From sequence record MF327009: a DNA stretch of 64,000 nt; one strand, given 5' to 3'. Every line of letters begins with the position of its first letter. The stretch's first letter is position 1. The position numbers were made by a program, and so were the translations under genes. This DNA comes from Shigella phage Sf25. Below the pieces are notes generated by a model. It saw nothing but the letters and a program-made list of their open reading frames with translations. It was not told the DNA's origin and made no database searches. Below are positions 1-10,837 of this stretch, one piece after another.

Positions 1-825
1 TTAAATATTTGACCAGACTTTGTTTGCAGAGAAACGTTTTCCTTTTGAAACGAACTGCTGAAGTGGCATCAACACAACGTTCGCCCAGTCTTTCGGGGCG
101 ATTTCAACAAGGCTACCCATAATATTACCAGGTATATATGCCTTAATCATTTGGTCTGCACCCCTAAATCCTTTCACTTGACTCCAATCAATTTTTAATT
201 TCGTTTTATTAGTAATAGTAGGTGTATTTGCATATTGCTTTAAAAGCTCTTCTAGGAATTGCTGACGAGCTTTAGGTGGAATATAGTGCAAGTTCAATCC
301 GTACATTAAATTATGTTTACCTAAACCAAGATAAATTATCAAAGGAAATTTATCCCAGTAAGGAAGAGTTTCCTTGTGTTTAGCGTCATAAGCAAAAGCA
401 TATATTCGTCCCGGCTGCGGGCGAACAACTTTATGTCCTTTTACTTGCTTAATAGTTTCAGCAAACCATTTTCTGGTTTTATTATTAATTGCTGCACCTT
501 CATTACGAATTTTATCGCGCAATGTTTGTCTGAATGAATTTATCATAAGCAGTTGTCTTTCTTGCTTATTGAGTTTATTCATTGGTTTTGATTCAAGCTT
601 TTGAATCTTTTCAGCTGTTTTAATTCCTGAAGCATATTTTGACATTGCTGAAGTAAACGTAGAGTATTTGATTCCTCTTTCTTCAGCAAATTGCTTTCCT
701 GTCATTCCTTTTGCTTTGGCCTTTTTATATTCAAGACCTATTTGAATCCATTTCTTTTCGTTTAATGATTGCTTAACCTTTGGAACTTGGGGAGTGCTTT
801 CATTAATTATTTGAAAAATAGCCAT
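1..825 (-). CDS. 2: gp2 DNA end-protector protein
   Basis: 274-aa ORF; length and position upstream of 4-53-5 match T4 gene 2. Confidence 0.8.
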
Positions 826-1277
826 TATGCCCCCTTAAAGCCAAGAGCTCGTAATCCATCTTCTGTTAGAATTCTAAATTTTATTCCACGCTTTTCAGCT
901 AAAGCTTGCGCTGCTTTCCATTTGTCGGTATTAACGGAATATGTATAAATTTCATTCATAAATCTTTTCTTCGCTGCAGTTGTTAGATGTGCTGGTTTAA
1001 CTGGTGGTTGTGTTTCTTTTTTAGGTTTTATTTCAATAAAAAATTCTTGTCCAGAAGAATCTTTCATCCAAATATCCATGAAGTATCTACGTTTTTTCCC
1101 TTCTGCATTACAAAAATAAGGAATTACTGCTGTTTCACTACCCCATGCAATAATTTCTGGATTTTTATCTAACCATTCAAAAAAGAATTTTTCCCAATTT
1201 GATCTATACGTAATTTTTTTAGGGTCACCTCTATACTTTGATATATTTTTAGGAACCCATTTTCCAGAATATGCCAT
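825..1277 (-). CDS. 4: gp4 head completion protein
   Basis: 150-aa ORF, start/stop overlap with gene 2; T4 synteny and length. Confidence 0.8.
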
Positions 1278-1288
1278 TGGATTCTCCT

Positions 1289-1296
1289 TATAAATA
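1289..1296 (+). promoter_or_regulatory. T4-type late promoter TATAAATA upstream of gene 53
   Basis: exact TATAAATA about 30 nt upstream of ATG at 1325. Confidence 0.6.
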
Positions 1297-1324
1297 GATA
1301 ATATATTTATAAACAGGAGGGCCC

Positions 1325-1915
1325 ATGCTCTTTACATTTTTTGATCCGATTGAATATGCGGCCAAAACGGTGAATAAAAACGCGCCGACTATTCCTATGA
1401 CAGATATTTTTAGAAACTATAAAGACTATTTCAAACGTGCTCTTGCGGGATACCGCTTACGTACTTATTATATTAAAGGTTCACCACGCCCGGAAGAATT
1501 AGCAAATACTATATATGGAAATCCACAGTTGTATTGGGTTTTATTGATGTGTAATGATAATTATGATCCATATTATGGATGGATTACTTCACAAGAAGCT
1601 GCTTATCAAGCATCTATACAAAAATACAAAAACGTAGGTGGAGACCAAATAGTATATCATGTAAATGAGAACGGTGAAAAATTTTATAATTTAATATCAT
1701 ACGATGATAATCCATATGTTTGGTATGACAAAGGTGATAAAGCTAGAAAATATCCTCAATATGAAGGAGCACTTGCTGCGGTCGATACGTATGAAGCTGC
1801 TGTTCTTGAAAATGAAAAACTTCGTCAAATAAAAATAATAGCAAAATCAGACATTAATTCATTTATGAACGACCTTATACGTATAATGGAGAAATCTTAT
1901 GGAAATGATAAGTAA
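1325..1915 (+). CDS. 53: gp53 baseplate wedge subunit
   Basis: 196-aa ORF immediately upstream of gene 5; T4 length/synteny. Confidence 0.85.
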   Translation: MLFTFFDPIEYAAKTVNKNAPTIPMTDIFRNYKDYFKRALAGYRLRTYYIKGSPRPEELANTIYGNPQLYWVLLMCNDNYDPYYGWITSQEAAYQASIQKYKNVGGDQIVYHVNENGEKFYNLISYDDNPYVWYDKGDKARKYPQYEGALAAVDTYEAAVLENEKLRQIKIIAKSDINSFMNDLIRIMEKSYGNDK

Positions 1916-3626
1916 TAACCTTAATTGGTTTGTTGGTGTTGTTGAAGATAGAATGGACCCATTAAAATTAGGTCGTGTTCGTGTTCGTGTGGTTGGTCTG
2001 CATCCACCACAAAGAGCACAAGGTGATGTAATGGGTATTCCAACTGAAAAATTACCATGGATGTCAGTTATTCAACCTATAACTTCTGCAGCAATGTCTG
2101 GAATTGGAGGTTCTGTTACTGGACCGGTAGAAGGAACTAGAGTTTATGGTCATTTTTTGGACAAATGGAAAACTAACGGAATTGTCCTTGGCACGTATGG
2201 TGGAATAGTTCGCGAAAAACCGAATAGACTTGAAGGATTTTCTGACCCAACTGGGCAATATCCTAGACGTTTAGGAAATGATACTAACGTACTAAACCAA
2301 GGCGGTGATGTAGGATATGATTCCTCTTCTAATGTTATTCAAGATAGTAACTTAGACACTGCAATAAATCCTGATGATAGACCATTATCAGAAATTCCAA
2401 CTGATGATAATCCAAATATGTCAATGGCTGAAATGCTTCGCCGCGATGAAGGATTAAGACTAAAAGTTTATTGGGATACCGAAGGATATCCGACAATTGG
2501 TATTGGTCATCTTATCATGAAGCAGCCAGTTCGTGATATGGCCCAAATTAATAAAGTTTTATCAAAACAGGTTGGTCGTGAAATTACCGGAAATCCAGGT
2601 TCTATTACAATGGAAGAAGCGGTAACTTTATTTGAACGTGATTTAGCTGATATGCAACGTGACATTAAATCACATTCTAAAGTTGGCCCAGTTTGGCAAG
2701 CGGTTAATCGTTCTCGTCAAATGGCATTAGAAAATATGGCATTTCAGATGGGTGTTGGCGGTGTAGCTAAATTTAACACAATGTTAACTGCTATGTTAGC
2801 CGGAGATTGGGAAAAAGCATATAAAGCTGGTCGTGATTCATTGTGGTATCAACAAACAAAAGGCCGTGCATCTCGTGTTACCATGATTATTCTTACAGGG
2901 AATTTGGAATCATACGGTATTGAAGTGAAAACACCGGCTAGGTCTTTGTCTGCAATGGCTGCTACTGTAGCAAAGTCTTCTGACCCGGCTGACCCTCCTA
3001 TTCCGAATGATTCGAGAATTTTATTTAAAGAACCTGTTTCTTCATATAAAGGTGAATATCCGTATGTTCACACAATGGAAACTGAAAGCGGTCATATTCA
3101 GGAATTTGACGATACCCCGGGACAAGAACGATACAGATTAGTTCATCCAACTGGAACTTATGAAGAAGTATCACCGTCAGGAAGAAGAACAAGAAAAACT
3201 GTTGATAATTTGTATGATATAACCAACGCTGATGGTAATTTTTTGGTAGCCGGTGATAAAAAGACTAACGTCGGTGGATCAGAAATTTATTACAACATGG
3301 ATAATCGTCTTCACCAAATAGATGGAAGCAATACGATATTTGTGCGTGGCGATGAAACTAAGACAGTTGAAGGTAATGGAACTATCCTAGTTAAAGGCAA
3401 TGTTACTATTGTAGTTGAAGGTAATGCTGACATTACAGTTAAAGGAGATGCTACCACTTTAGTTGAAGGAAATCAGACTAATACAGTAAATGGAAATCTT
3501 TCTTGGAAAGTTGCTGGGACAGTTGATTGGGACGTTGGTGGTGATTGGACAGAAAAAATGGCATCTATGAGTTCTATTTCATCTGGTCAATACACAATTG
3601 ATGGATCGAGGATTGACATTGGCTAA
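1899..3626 (+). CDS. 5: gp5 baseplate hub subunit / tail-associated lysozyme (cell-puncturing spike)
   Basis: 575 aa; T4-lysozyme-like segment (EGLRLKVYWDTEGYPTIGIGHL); C-terminal VxGxxxV beta-helix repeats. Confidence 0.95.
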   Translation: MEMISNNLNWFVGVVEDRMDPLKLGRVRVRVVGLHPPQRAQGDVMGIPTEKLPWMSVIQPITSAAMSGIGGSVTGPVEGTRVYGHFLDKWKTNGIVLGTYGGIVREKPNRLEGFSDPTGQYPRRLGNDTNVLNQGGDVGYDSSSNVIQDSNLDTAINPDDRPLSEIPTDDNPNMSMAEMLRRDEGLRLKVYWDTEGYPTIGIGHLIMKQPVRDMAQINKVLSKQVGREITGNPGSITMEEAVTLFERDLADMQRDIKSHSKVGPVWQAVNRSRQMALENMAFQMGVGGVAKFNTMLTAMLAGDWEKAYKAGRDSLWYQQTKGRASRVTMIILTGNLESYGIEVKTPARSLSAMAATVAKSSDPADPPIPNDSRILFKEPVSSYKGEYPYVHTMETESGHIQEFDDTPGQERYRLVHPTGTYEEVSPSGRRTRKTVDNLYDITNADGNFLVAGDKKTNVGGSEIYYNMDNRLHQIDGSNTIFVRGDETKTVEGNGTILVKGNVTIVVEGNADITVKGDATTLVEGNQTNTVNGNLSWKVAGTVDWDVGGDWTEKMASMSSISSGQYTIDGSRIDIG

Positions 3627-4150
3627 TATACTTCCAATGAGCGCTGATTTAGGAGAATCCATGGAAGGTTCTTCTATCGACGTCACCTTTACCGCTCAAT
3701 TAGAAACAGGTGAAACGTTAGTATCTATAAATATAACTAGTTACGAAGAAACTCCTGGGGTTTTAGTAGAAGAAAATCGTTTATATGGAACGTATGAATC
3801 TGTATTTGGATTTGGAAATGATGCGTTGAAATATCGTTTAGACGTTGGTGGTGATTGGACAGAAAAAATGGCATCTATGAGTTCTATTTCATCTGGTCAA
3901 TACACAATTGATGGATCGAGGATTGACATTGGCTAATATACTTCCAATGAGCGCTGATTTAGGAGAATCCATGGAAGGTTCTTCTATCGACGTCACCTTT
4001 ACCGCTCAATTAGAAACAGGTGAAACGTTAGTATCTATAAATATAACTAGTTACGAAGAAACTCCTGGGGTTTTAGTAGAAGAAAATCGTTTATATGGAA
4101 CGTATGAATCTGTATTTGGATTTGGAAATGATGCGTTGAAATATCGTTTA
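3531..4150. repeat. perfect tandem duplication, 2 x 310 bp (3531-3840 and 3841-4150)
   Basis: identical sequence at offset 310; spans gene 5 3' end and gene 5.1 5' end. Confidence 0.95.
3601..3936 (+). other. chimeric ORF created by the duplication: first 80 codons of 5.1 fused in frame to last ~30 codons of gp5
   Basis: 112-aa ORF; C-terminus VGGDWTEKMASMSSISSGQYTIDGSRIDIG is identical to the gp5 C-terminus. Confidence 0.7.
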
Positions 4151-4465
4151 GATAATGAATTTAAAACCGCTGCTTCATGGGAAGACCTTCCAACTGATTC
4201 TAATACTCAGTTATATTTATGGAAAGCTCCTCAAAACCTCCAGAAGACATTCACTTACGAAGTAACATTAATATATGACTACCAAGAACAAGGTGAATCT
4301 GGAGGTTCTGGTAGTAATTCTAGGTCATCTTCTGATACTACTGAACCGACAGATCCTCCTGCTCTAGTAAGAAAAACTCTCGTTAAAAATTATACTAAAA
4401 CTATAGTTGGAAATTGGAGTCGTTGGGCTAATAAACTGAGAAGCTACGTGTATGAGAGGCCATAA
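3911..4465 (+). CDS. 5.1: gene 5.1-like protein (intact second copy)
   Basis: 184-aa ORF from ATG 3911, follows gene 5 as in T4. Confidence 0.7.
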   Translation: MDRGLTLANILPMSADLGESMEGSSIDVTFTAQLETGETLVSINITSYEETPGVLVEENRLYGTYESVFGFGNDALKYRLDNEFKTAASWEDLPTDSNTQLYLWKAPQNLQKTFTYEVTLIYDYQEQGESGGSGSNSRSSSDTTEPTDPPALVRKTLVKNYTKTIVGNWSRWANKLRSYVYERP

Positions 4466-4691
4466 ATGTCAGGATTAAGTTATGATAAGTGTGTTACTGC
4501 TGGCCATGAAGCGTGGCCTCCAACAGTCGTGAATGCTACAAATTAAAAAGCCATATGAAACACATGGCGGAGTGACACAACCTAGAACTTCTAAGGTATA
4601 TGTCACTGGAAAGAAAGCTGTTCAAATGGCTGATCCAATATCATGCGGTGATACTGTGGCTCAGGCATCATCTAAAGTATTCATTAAATAG
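4466..4691 (+). pseudogene. 5.4: gene 5.4 (PAAR-like tail spike tip) disrupted by internal ~68-bp deletion and frameshift
   Basis: ATG at 4466 encodes [26 protein letters not shown] then TAA at 4544; the C-terminal 48 codons (KKPYETHGG...[16 protein letters not shown]) continue in another frame to TAG 4689-4691. Confidence 0.75.
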
Positions 4692-4699
4692 GATTTAAA

Positions 4700-6682
4700 A
4701 TGGCAAATACCCCTGTAAATTATCAATTAACAAGAACAGCAAATGCTATTCCCGAGATATTCGTCGGGGGTACGTTTGCTGAAATAAAACAAAACCTCAT
4801 TGAATGGCTTAATGGCCAAAATGAATTTTTGGATTATGATTTTGAAGGCTCAAGATTAAACGTTCTGTGTGACCTTTTGGCTTATAATACGCTGTACATT
4901 CAACAGTTTGGTAATGCTGCTGTGTATGAAAGCTTTATGCGTACTGCTAACTTACGAAGTTCAGTTGTTCAAGCTGCACAAGATAACGGATATTTACCTA
5001 CTTCAAAATCCGCTGCGCAGACCGAAATTATGTTAACATGCACCGACGCATTGAATAGGAATTACATTACTATTCCTCGCGGAACTCGCTTTTTAGCATA
5101 TGCAAAAGATACTTCTGTTAATCCATATAACTTCGTTTCTACCGAAGACGTTATTGCCATTCGTGATAAAAATAACCAATATTTTCCGCGTTTAAAATTG
5201 GCCCAGGGACGTATAGTAAGAACTGAAATCATTTATGATAAATTAACACCTATTATCATTTATGATAAAAATATTGATAGAAACCAGGTTAAATTATATG
5301 TTGATGGAGCGGAATGGATTAACTGGACGAGAAAGTCAATGGTTCATGCTGGTTCAACATCAACGATTTACTATATGCGTGAAACTATTGATGGAAACAC
5401 TGAATTCTATTTTGGCGAAGGTGAAATTTCTGTTAATGCTTCTGAAGGAGCTTTGACCGCTAATTATATCGGAGGTCTTAAACCTACCCAGAACTCTACG
5501 ATTGTTATTGAGTACATCAGTACTAACGGTGCAGATGCGAATGGCGCAGTCGGATTTTCATATGCAGATACATTAACAAATATAACTGTCATCAATATTA
5601 ATGAAAATCCAAACGACGACCCAGATTTTGTCGGAGCAGATGGCGGCGGTGATCCAGAAGATATTGAGCGTATTCGCGAATTGGGTACTATTAAACGCGA
5701 AACCCAGCAACGCTGCGTAACTGCGACTGACTACGATACATTCGTTTCAGAGAGATTTGGTTCTATTATTCAAGCTGTTCAGACTTTCACTGATTCTACT
5801 AAACCTGGGTATGCATTTATTGCTGCTAAACCTAAATCAGGATTGTATTTAACTACTGTGCAACGTGAAGATATTAAAAATTATCTCAAAGACTATAATT
5901 TAGCTCCTATTACGCCATCAATTATTTCTCCTAATTATCTTTTTATTAAGACTAATTTAAAAGTCACATATGCTTTAAATAAGCTGCAAGAATCCGAACA
6001 GTGGCTCGAAGGTCAAATAATTGATAAAATTGATCGTTATTATACCGAAGATGTAGAAATTTTTAACTCGTCTTTTGCCAAGTCTAAGATGTTGACATAT
6101 GTAGATGATGCAGATCATTCTATCATTGGTTCATCAGCGACAATTCAAATTGTTCGTGAAGTACAAAACTTCTATAAAACACCTGAAGCAGGTATTAAAT
6201 ACAATAATCAAATAAAAGATCGTTCTATGGAATCTAATACGTTTTCATTTAATTCTGGACGAAAGGTTGTAAATCCTGATACTGGTTTAGAAGAAGATGT
6301 ATTATATGACGTTCGTATAGTATCAACAGACCGAGATTCTAAAGGAATCGGTAAAGTTATTATTGGTCCATTTGCTTCTGGCGATGTTGCAGAAAATGAA
6401 AACATTCAGCCGTATACAGGCAACGATTTTAACAAATTAGCAAATTCTGATGGACGCGACAAATACTATGTTATCGGTGAAATAAATTATCCAGCTGACA
6501 TGATTTATTGGAATATCGCTAAAATTAATTTAACATCTGAAAAATTTGAAGTTCAGACTATTGAATTATATTCTGACCCAACTGATGATGTTATCTTTAC
6601 TCGCGATGGTTCACTGATTGTATTTGAAAATGACTTACGTCCACAATACTTAACTATCGATTTGGAGCCTATATCACAATGA
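4700..6682 (+). CDS. 6: gp6 baseplate wedge subunit
   Basis: 660 aa; T4 length and synteny. Confidence 0.9.
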   Translation: MANTPVNYQLTRTANAIPEIFVGGTFAEIKQNLIEWLNGQNEFLDYDFEGSRLNVLCDLLAYNTLYIQQFGNAAVYESFMRTANLRSSVVQAAQDNGYLPTSKSAAQTEIMLTCTDALNRNYITIPRGTRFLAYAKDTSVNPYNFVSTEDVIAIRDKNNQYFPRLKLAQGRIVRTEIIYDKLTPIIIYDKNIDRNQVKLYVDGAEWINWTRKSMVHAGSTSTIYYMRETIDGNTEFYFGEGEISVNASEGALTANYIGGLKPTQNSTIVIEYISTNGADANGAVGFSYADTLTNITVININENPNDDPDFVGADGGGDPEDIERIRELGTIKRETQQRCVTATDYDTFVSERFGSIIQAVQTFTDSTKPGYAFIAAKPKSGLYLTTVQREDIKNYLKDYNLAPITPSIISPNYLFIKTNLKVTYALNKLQESEQWLEGQIIDKIDRYYTEDVEIFNSSFAKSKMLTYVDDADHSIIGSSATIQIVREVQNFYKTPEAGIKYNNQIKDRSMESNTFSFNSGRKVVNPDTGLEEDVLYDVRIVSTDRDSKGIGKVIIGPFASGDVAENENIQPYTGNDFNKLANSDGRDKYYVIGEINYPADMIYWNIAKINLTSEKFEVQTIELYSDPTDDVIFTRDGSLIVFENDLRPQYLTIDLEPISQ

Positions 6683-9600
6683 CAGTAAAAGCACCTTCAG
6701 TCACTAGTCTCAGAATTTCCAAGTTATCCGCAAATCAGGTGCAAGTACGCTGGGATGACGTTGGTGCTAATTTCTACTATTTTGTAGAAATCGCTGAGAC
6801 AAAAACAAACTCGGGGGAAAATCTCCCGAGTAATCAATACAGATGGATTAACTTAGGATATACTGCAAATAACAGCTTCTTTTTTGATGATGCTGATCCA
6901 TTGACATCATACATTATCAGAGTAGCTACAGCTGCGCAAGATTTTGAGCAGTCTGATTGGATTTATACCGAAGAGTTTGAAACTTTTGCTACAAATGCTT
7001 ATACATTTCAAAACATGATTGAAATGCAATTAGCCAATAAATTCATTCAGGAAAAATTTACTCTTAATAATTCTGATTATGTTAATTTTAATAATGACAC
7101 TATAATGGCTGCATTGATGAATGAATCATTTCAATTCAGCCCATCGTATGTTGATGTTTCATCAATAAGTAATTTTATTATTGGTGAAAATGAGTATCAT
7201 GAAATACAAGGTTCTATTCAGCAAGTATGTAAGGATATTAACCGAGTTTATTTGATGGAATCAGAAGGAATTCTATATCTTTTTGAGCGCTATCAACCTG
7301 TAGTTAAAGTATCCAATGATAAAGGACAAACTTGGAAAGCTGTAAAGCTCTTCAATGACCGTGTAGGATATCCTTTATCTAAGACAGTATATTACCAATC
7401 TGCGAACACAACATACGTTCTAGGATACGACAAGATTTTCTATGGCCGCAAATCTACTGATGTTAGATGGTCAGCCGATGATGTCAGATTTAGTTCTCAG
7501 GATATAACATTTGCTAAACTTGGCGACCAGTTACATTTAGGATTTGATGTAGAAATTTTTGCCACTTACGCGACTTTGCCAGCGAATGTATACCGCATTG
7601 CAGAAGCTATTACTTGCACCGATGATTACATTTACGTTGTCGCCAGAGACAAAGTTAGATACATAAAAACGAGTAATGCACCTATAGATTCTGATCCATT
7701 ATCTCCAACATATTCGGAAAGACTTTTTGAACCTGATACCATGACTATAACCGGAAATCCTAAAGCAGTATGTTATAAAATGGATTCTATCGGTGATAAA
7801 GTTTTTGCTCTTATTATTGGTGAAGTTGAAACATTAAATGCTAATCCTAGAACATCAAAAATAATTGATTCCGCTGATAAAGGAATATATGTTTTAAATC
7901 ATGACGAAAAAACATGGAAAAGAGTTTTTGGTAATACCGAAGAAGAAAGAAGACGTATTCAACCCGGATATGCGAATATGTCAACTGACGGTAAATTAGT
8001 TTCTCTGTCTTCGAGTAATTTTAAATTTTTAAGTGATAATGTTGTTAATGACCCTGAAACTGCAGCAAAATATCAGTTAATTGGTGCTGTCAAATATGAA
8101 TTTCCTCGTGAATGGCTAGCTGATAAGCACTATCATATGATGGCATTTATAGCGGATGAAAAATCTGATTGGGAGACTTTTACTCCTCAACCAATGAAAT
8201 ACTACGCAGAACCGTTCTTTAACTGGTCTAAAAAATCTAACACACGCTGTTGGATAAACAACTCCGATAGGGTTGTAGTAGTTTATGCTGATTTAAAATA
8301 CACTAAAGTTATAGAAAATATTCCGGAAACATCACCAGATAGATTAGTTCATGAATACTGGGATGATGGCGATTGTACTATAGTAATGCCAAATGTTAAA
8401 TTCACTGGATTTAAAAAATATGCATCTGGGATGCTTTTCTATAAAGCCTCTGGTGAAATAATTTCTTACTATGATTTTAACTATCGCGTGAGAGATACAG
8501 TAGAAATTATTTGGAAGCCAACTGAAGTATTTTTAAAAGCATTTTTACAAAACCAAGAGCATGAAACTCCTTGGTCGCCTGAAGAAGAGCGTGGATTGGC
8601 TGACCCTGATTTAAGACCATTGATTGGCACAATGATGCCTGATTCTTATTTGTTGCAGGATTCGAATTTTGAGGCATTTTGCGAAGCATATATTCAGTAT
8701 CTTTCTGATGGGTATGGAACTCAGTATAACAATTTACGAAATTTAATTCGTAACAAATATCCACGAGAAGAGCATGCATGGGAATATTTGTGGTCAGAGA
8801 TATATAAAAGAAATATTTATTTAAATGCTGACAAACGTGATGCTGTTGCAAGATTTTTCGAATCACGTAGCTATGATTTTTATTCTACTAAAGGAATTGA
8901 AGCATCATACAAATTTCTTTTTAAAGTTCTTTATAATGAAGAGGTTGAAATTGAAATTGAATCTGGGGCTGGTACTGAATATGATATAATCGTTCAATCT
9001 GATTCTTTGACTGAAGACTTAGTAGGACAAACGATTTATACAGCTACAGGAAGATGTAATGTTACTTATATAGAAAGAAGCTATTCTAATGGTAAATTGC
9101 AATGGACCGTAACTATTCATAATCTTTTGGGACGATTAATTGCTGGCCAAGAAGTTAAAGCAGAAAGACTTCCTAGTTTTGAAGGCGAAATTATTCGTGG
9201 GGTTAAAGGAAAGGATTTGCTTCAAAATAATATAGACTATATTAATAGAAGTCGATCATATTATGTAATGAAAATTAAATCCAATTTACCTTCTTCTCGT
9301 TGGAAGTCTGACGTTATTCGTTTTGTTCATCCAGTAGGATTTGGATTTATAGCAATTACCCTTTTAACGATGTTTATTAATGTTGGTTTAACTCTTAAAC
9401 ACACAGAGACTATAATTAATAAATACAAAAACTATAAATGGGATTCTGGATTGCCTACTGAATATGCTGATAGAGTAGCTAAATTGACTCCAACTGGTGA
9501 AATTGAGCATGATTCGGTAACAGGCGAAGCAATTTATGAGCCTGGCCCAATGGCTGGTGTAGAATATCCTCTTCCTGATGACTATAATGCTGAAAATAAT

Positions 9601-9777
9601 AATTCAATATTTCAAGGTCAATTGCCGTCTGAACGACGTAAATTAATGAGTCCTTTATTTGATGCATCTGGAACAACATTTGCGCAATTTAGAGATTTAG
9701 TTAATAAACGTCTAAAAGATAATATAGGAAATCCAAGAGACCCTGAAAATCCAACACAGGTTAAAATAGATGAATGA
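6679..9777 (+). CDS. 7: gp7 baseplate wedge initiator
   Basis: 1032 aa; T4 length and synteny. Confidence 0.9.
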   Translation: MTVKAPSVTSLRISKLSANQVQVRWDDVGANFYYFVEIAETKTNSGENLPSNQYRWINLGYTANNSFFFDDADPLTSYIIRVATAAQDFEQSDWIYTEEFETFATNAYTFQNMIEMQLANKFIQEKFTLNNSDYVNFNNDTIMAALMNESFQFSPSYVDVSSISNFIIGENEYHEIQGSIQQVCKDINRVYLMESEGILYLFERYQPVVKVSNDKGQTWKAVKLFNDRVGYPLSKTVYYQSANTTYVLGYDKIFYGRKSTDVRWSADDVRFSSQDITFAKLGDQLHLGFDVEIFATYATLPANVYRIAEAITCTDDYIYVVARDKVRYIKTSNAPIDSDPLSPTYSERLFEPDTMTITGNPKAVCYKMDSIGDKVFALIIGEVETLNANPRTSKIIDSADKGIYVLNHDEKTWKRVFGNTEEERRRIQPGYANMSTDGKLVSLSSSNFKFLSDNVVNDPETAAKYQLIGAVKYEFPREWLADKHYHMMAFIADEKSDWETFTPQPMKYYAEPFFNWSKKSNTRCWINNSDRVVVVYADLKYTKVIENIPETSPDRLVHEYWDDGDCTIVMPNVKFTGFKKYASGMLFYKASGEIISYYDFNYRVRDTVEIIWKPTEVFLKAFLQNQEHETPWSPEEERGLADPDLRPLIGTMMPDSYLLQDSNFEAFCEAYIQYLSDGYGTQYNNLRNLIRNKYPREEHAWEYLWSEIYKRNIYLNADKRDAVARFFESRSYDFYSTKGIEASYKFLFKVLYNEEVEIEIESGAGTEYDIIVQSDSLTEDLVGQTIYTATGRCNVTYIERSYSNGKLQWTVTIHNLLGRLIAGQEVKAERLPSFEGEIIRGVKGKDLLQNNIDYINRSRSYYVMKIKSNLPSSRWKSDVIRFVHPVGFGFIAITLLTMFINVGLTLKHTETIINKYKNYKWDSGLPTEYADRVAKLTPTGEIEHDSVTGEAIYEPGPMAGVEYPLPDDYNAENNNSIFQGQLPSERRKLMSPLFDASGTTFAQFRDLVNKRLKDNIGNPRDPENPTQVKIDE

Positions 9778-10774
9778 TTCAAGTGTTATCTATCGTGCGA
9801 TAGTTACTTCAAAATTTAGAACAGAAAAAATGTTGAATTTTTATAATTCAATTGGAAGTGGTCCGGATAAAAACACTATCTTTATCACATTTGGAAGATC
9901 AGAACCGTGGTCATCAAATGAAAATGAGGTGGGCTTTGCCCCACCTTATCCTACCGATTCTGTATTAGGTGTAACTGACATGTGGACTCATATGATGGGA
10001 ACAGTAAAAGTTCTTCCATCAATGCTTGATGCTGTTATTCCTCGCAGAGATTGGGGAGATACTAGATATCCGGATCCATACACATTTAGAATTAACGATA
10101 TTGTAGTGTGTAACTCAGCTCCTTACAACGCTACTGAATCAGGCGCAGGCTGGTTAGTATATCGTTGTTTAGATGTTCCTGATACCGGAATGTGTTCAAT
10201 CGCATCTTTAACTGATAAGGATGAATGCCTTAAGTTAGGTGGAAAATGGACTCCTTCTGCTAGGTCAATGACTCCTCCTGAAGGTCGAGGAGATGCTGAA
10301 GGAACAATTGAACCTGGGGACGGGTATGTGTGGGAATATCTATTTGAGATTCCGCCTGATGTATCTATAAATAGATGCACGAATGAATATATCGTGGTTC
10401 CTTGGCCTGAGGAATTAAAAGAAGACCCGGCTAGATGGGGGTATGAAGATAATCTCACTTGGCAACAAGATGATTTTGGATTAATTTACCGTGTTAAGGC
10501 AAATACTATCCGTTTTAAAGCATATTTAGATTCAGTTTATTTTCCTGAGGCTGCATTGCCGGGAAATAAAGGATTTAGACAAATATCAATAATCACGAAT
10601 CCTCTTGAAGCTAAAGCTCATCCAAATGACCCAAACGTTAAAGCTGAAAAGGATTATTATGATCCGGAAGATTTAATGAGGCATTCGGGCGAAATGATTT
10701 ATATGGAAAATAGGCCACCTATTATCATGGCAATGGATCAAACAGAAGAAATCAATATTCTGTTTACATTTTAA
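9770..10774 (+). CDS. 8: gp8 baseplate wedge subunit
   Basis: 334 aa; T4 length and synteny. Confidence 0.9.
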   Translation: MNDSSVIYRAIVTSKFRTEKMLNFYNSIGSGPDKNTIFITFGRSEPWSSNENEVGFAPPYPTDSVLGVTDMWTHMMGTVKVLPSMLDAVIPRRDWGDTRYPDPYTFRINDIVVCNSAPYNATESGAGWLVYRCLDVPDTGMCSIASLTDKDECLKLGGKWTPSARSMTPPEGRGDAEGTIEPGDGYVWEYLFEIPPDVSINRCTNEYIVVPWPEELKEDPARWGYEDNLTWQQDDFGLIYRVKANTIRFKAYLDSVYFPEAALPGNKGFRQISIITNPLEAKAHPNDPNVKAEKDYYDPEDLMRHSGEMIYMENRPPIIMAMDQTEEINILFTF

Positions 10775-10778
10775 CTTA

Positions 10779-10803
10779 AGGGAGCCCATGGGCTCCCTTT
10801 TTC
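10779..10803 (+). terminator. hairpin (GGGAGCCC-AT-GGGCTCCC) plus T-run after gene 8
   Basis: perfect palindrome followed by TTTTT. Confidence 0.6.
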
Positions 10804-10805
10804 TT

Positions 10806-10813
10806 TATAAATA
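10806..10813 (+). promoter_or_regulatory. T4-type late promoter TATAAATA upstream of gene 9
   Basis: exact TATAAATA 25 nt upstream of ATG 10838. Confidence 0.65.
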
Positions 10814-10837
10814 CTATAAACTCATAAGGAAACCGCT

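Noticed and set aside
8507-8866. 119-aa ORF antisense to gene 7, and many similar 60-160-aa antisense ORFs (e.g. 10123-10458, 15735-16226, 27913-28257, 28766-29152)
   Set aside because: They lie entirely inside well-supported structural genes on the opposite strand and have no ribosome-binding or promoter context.
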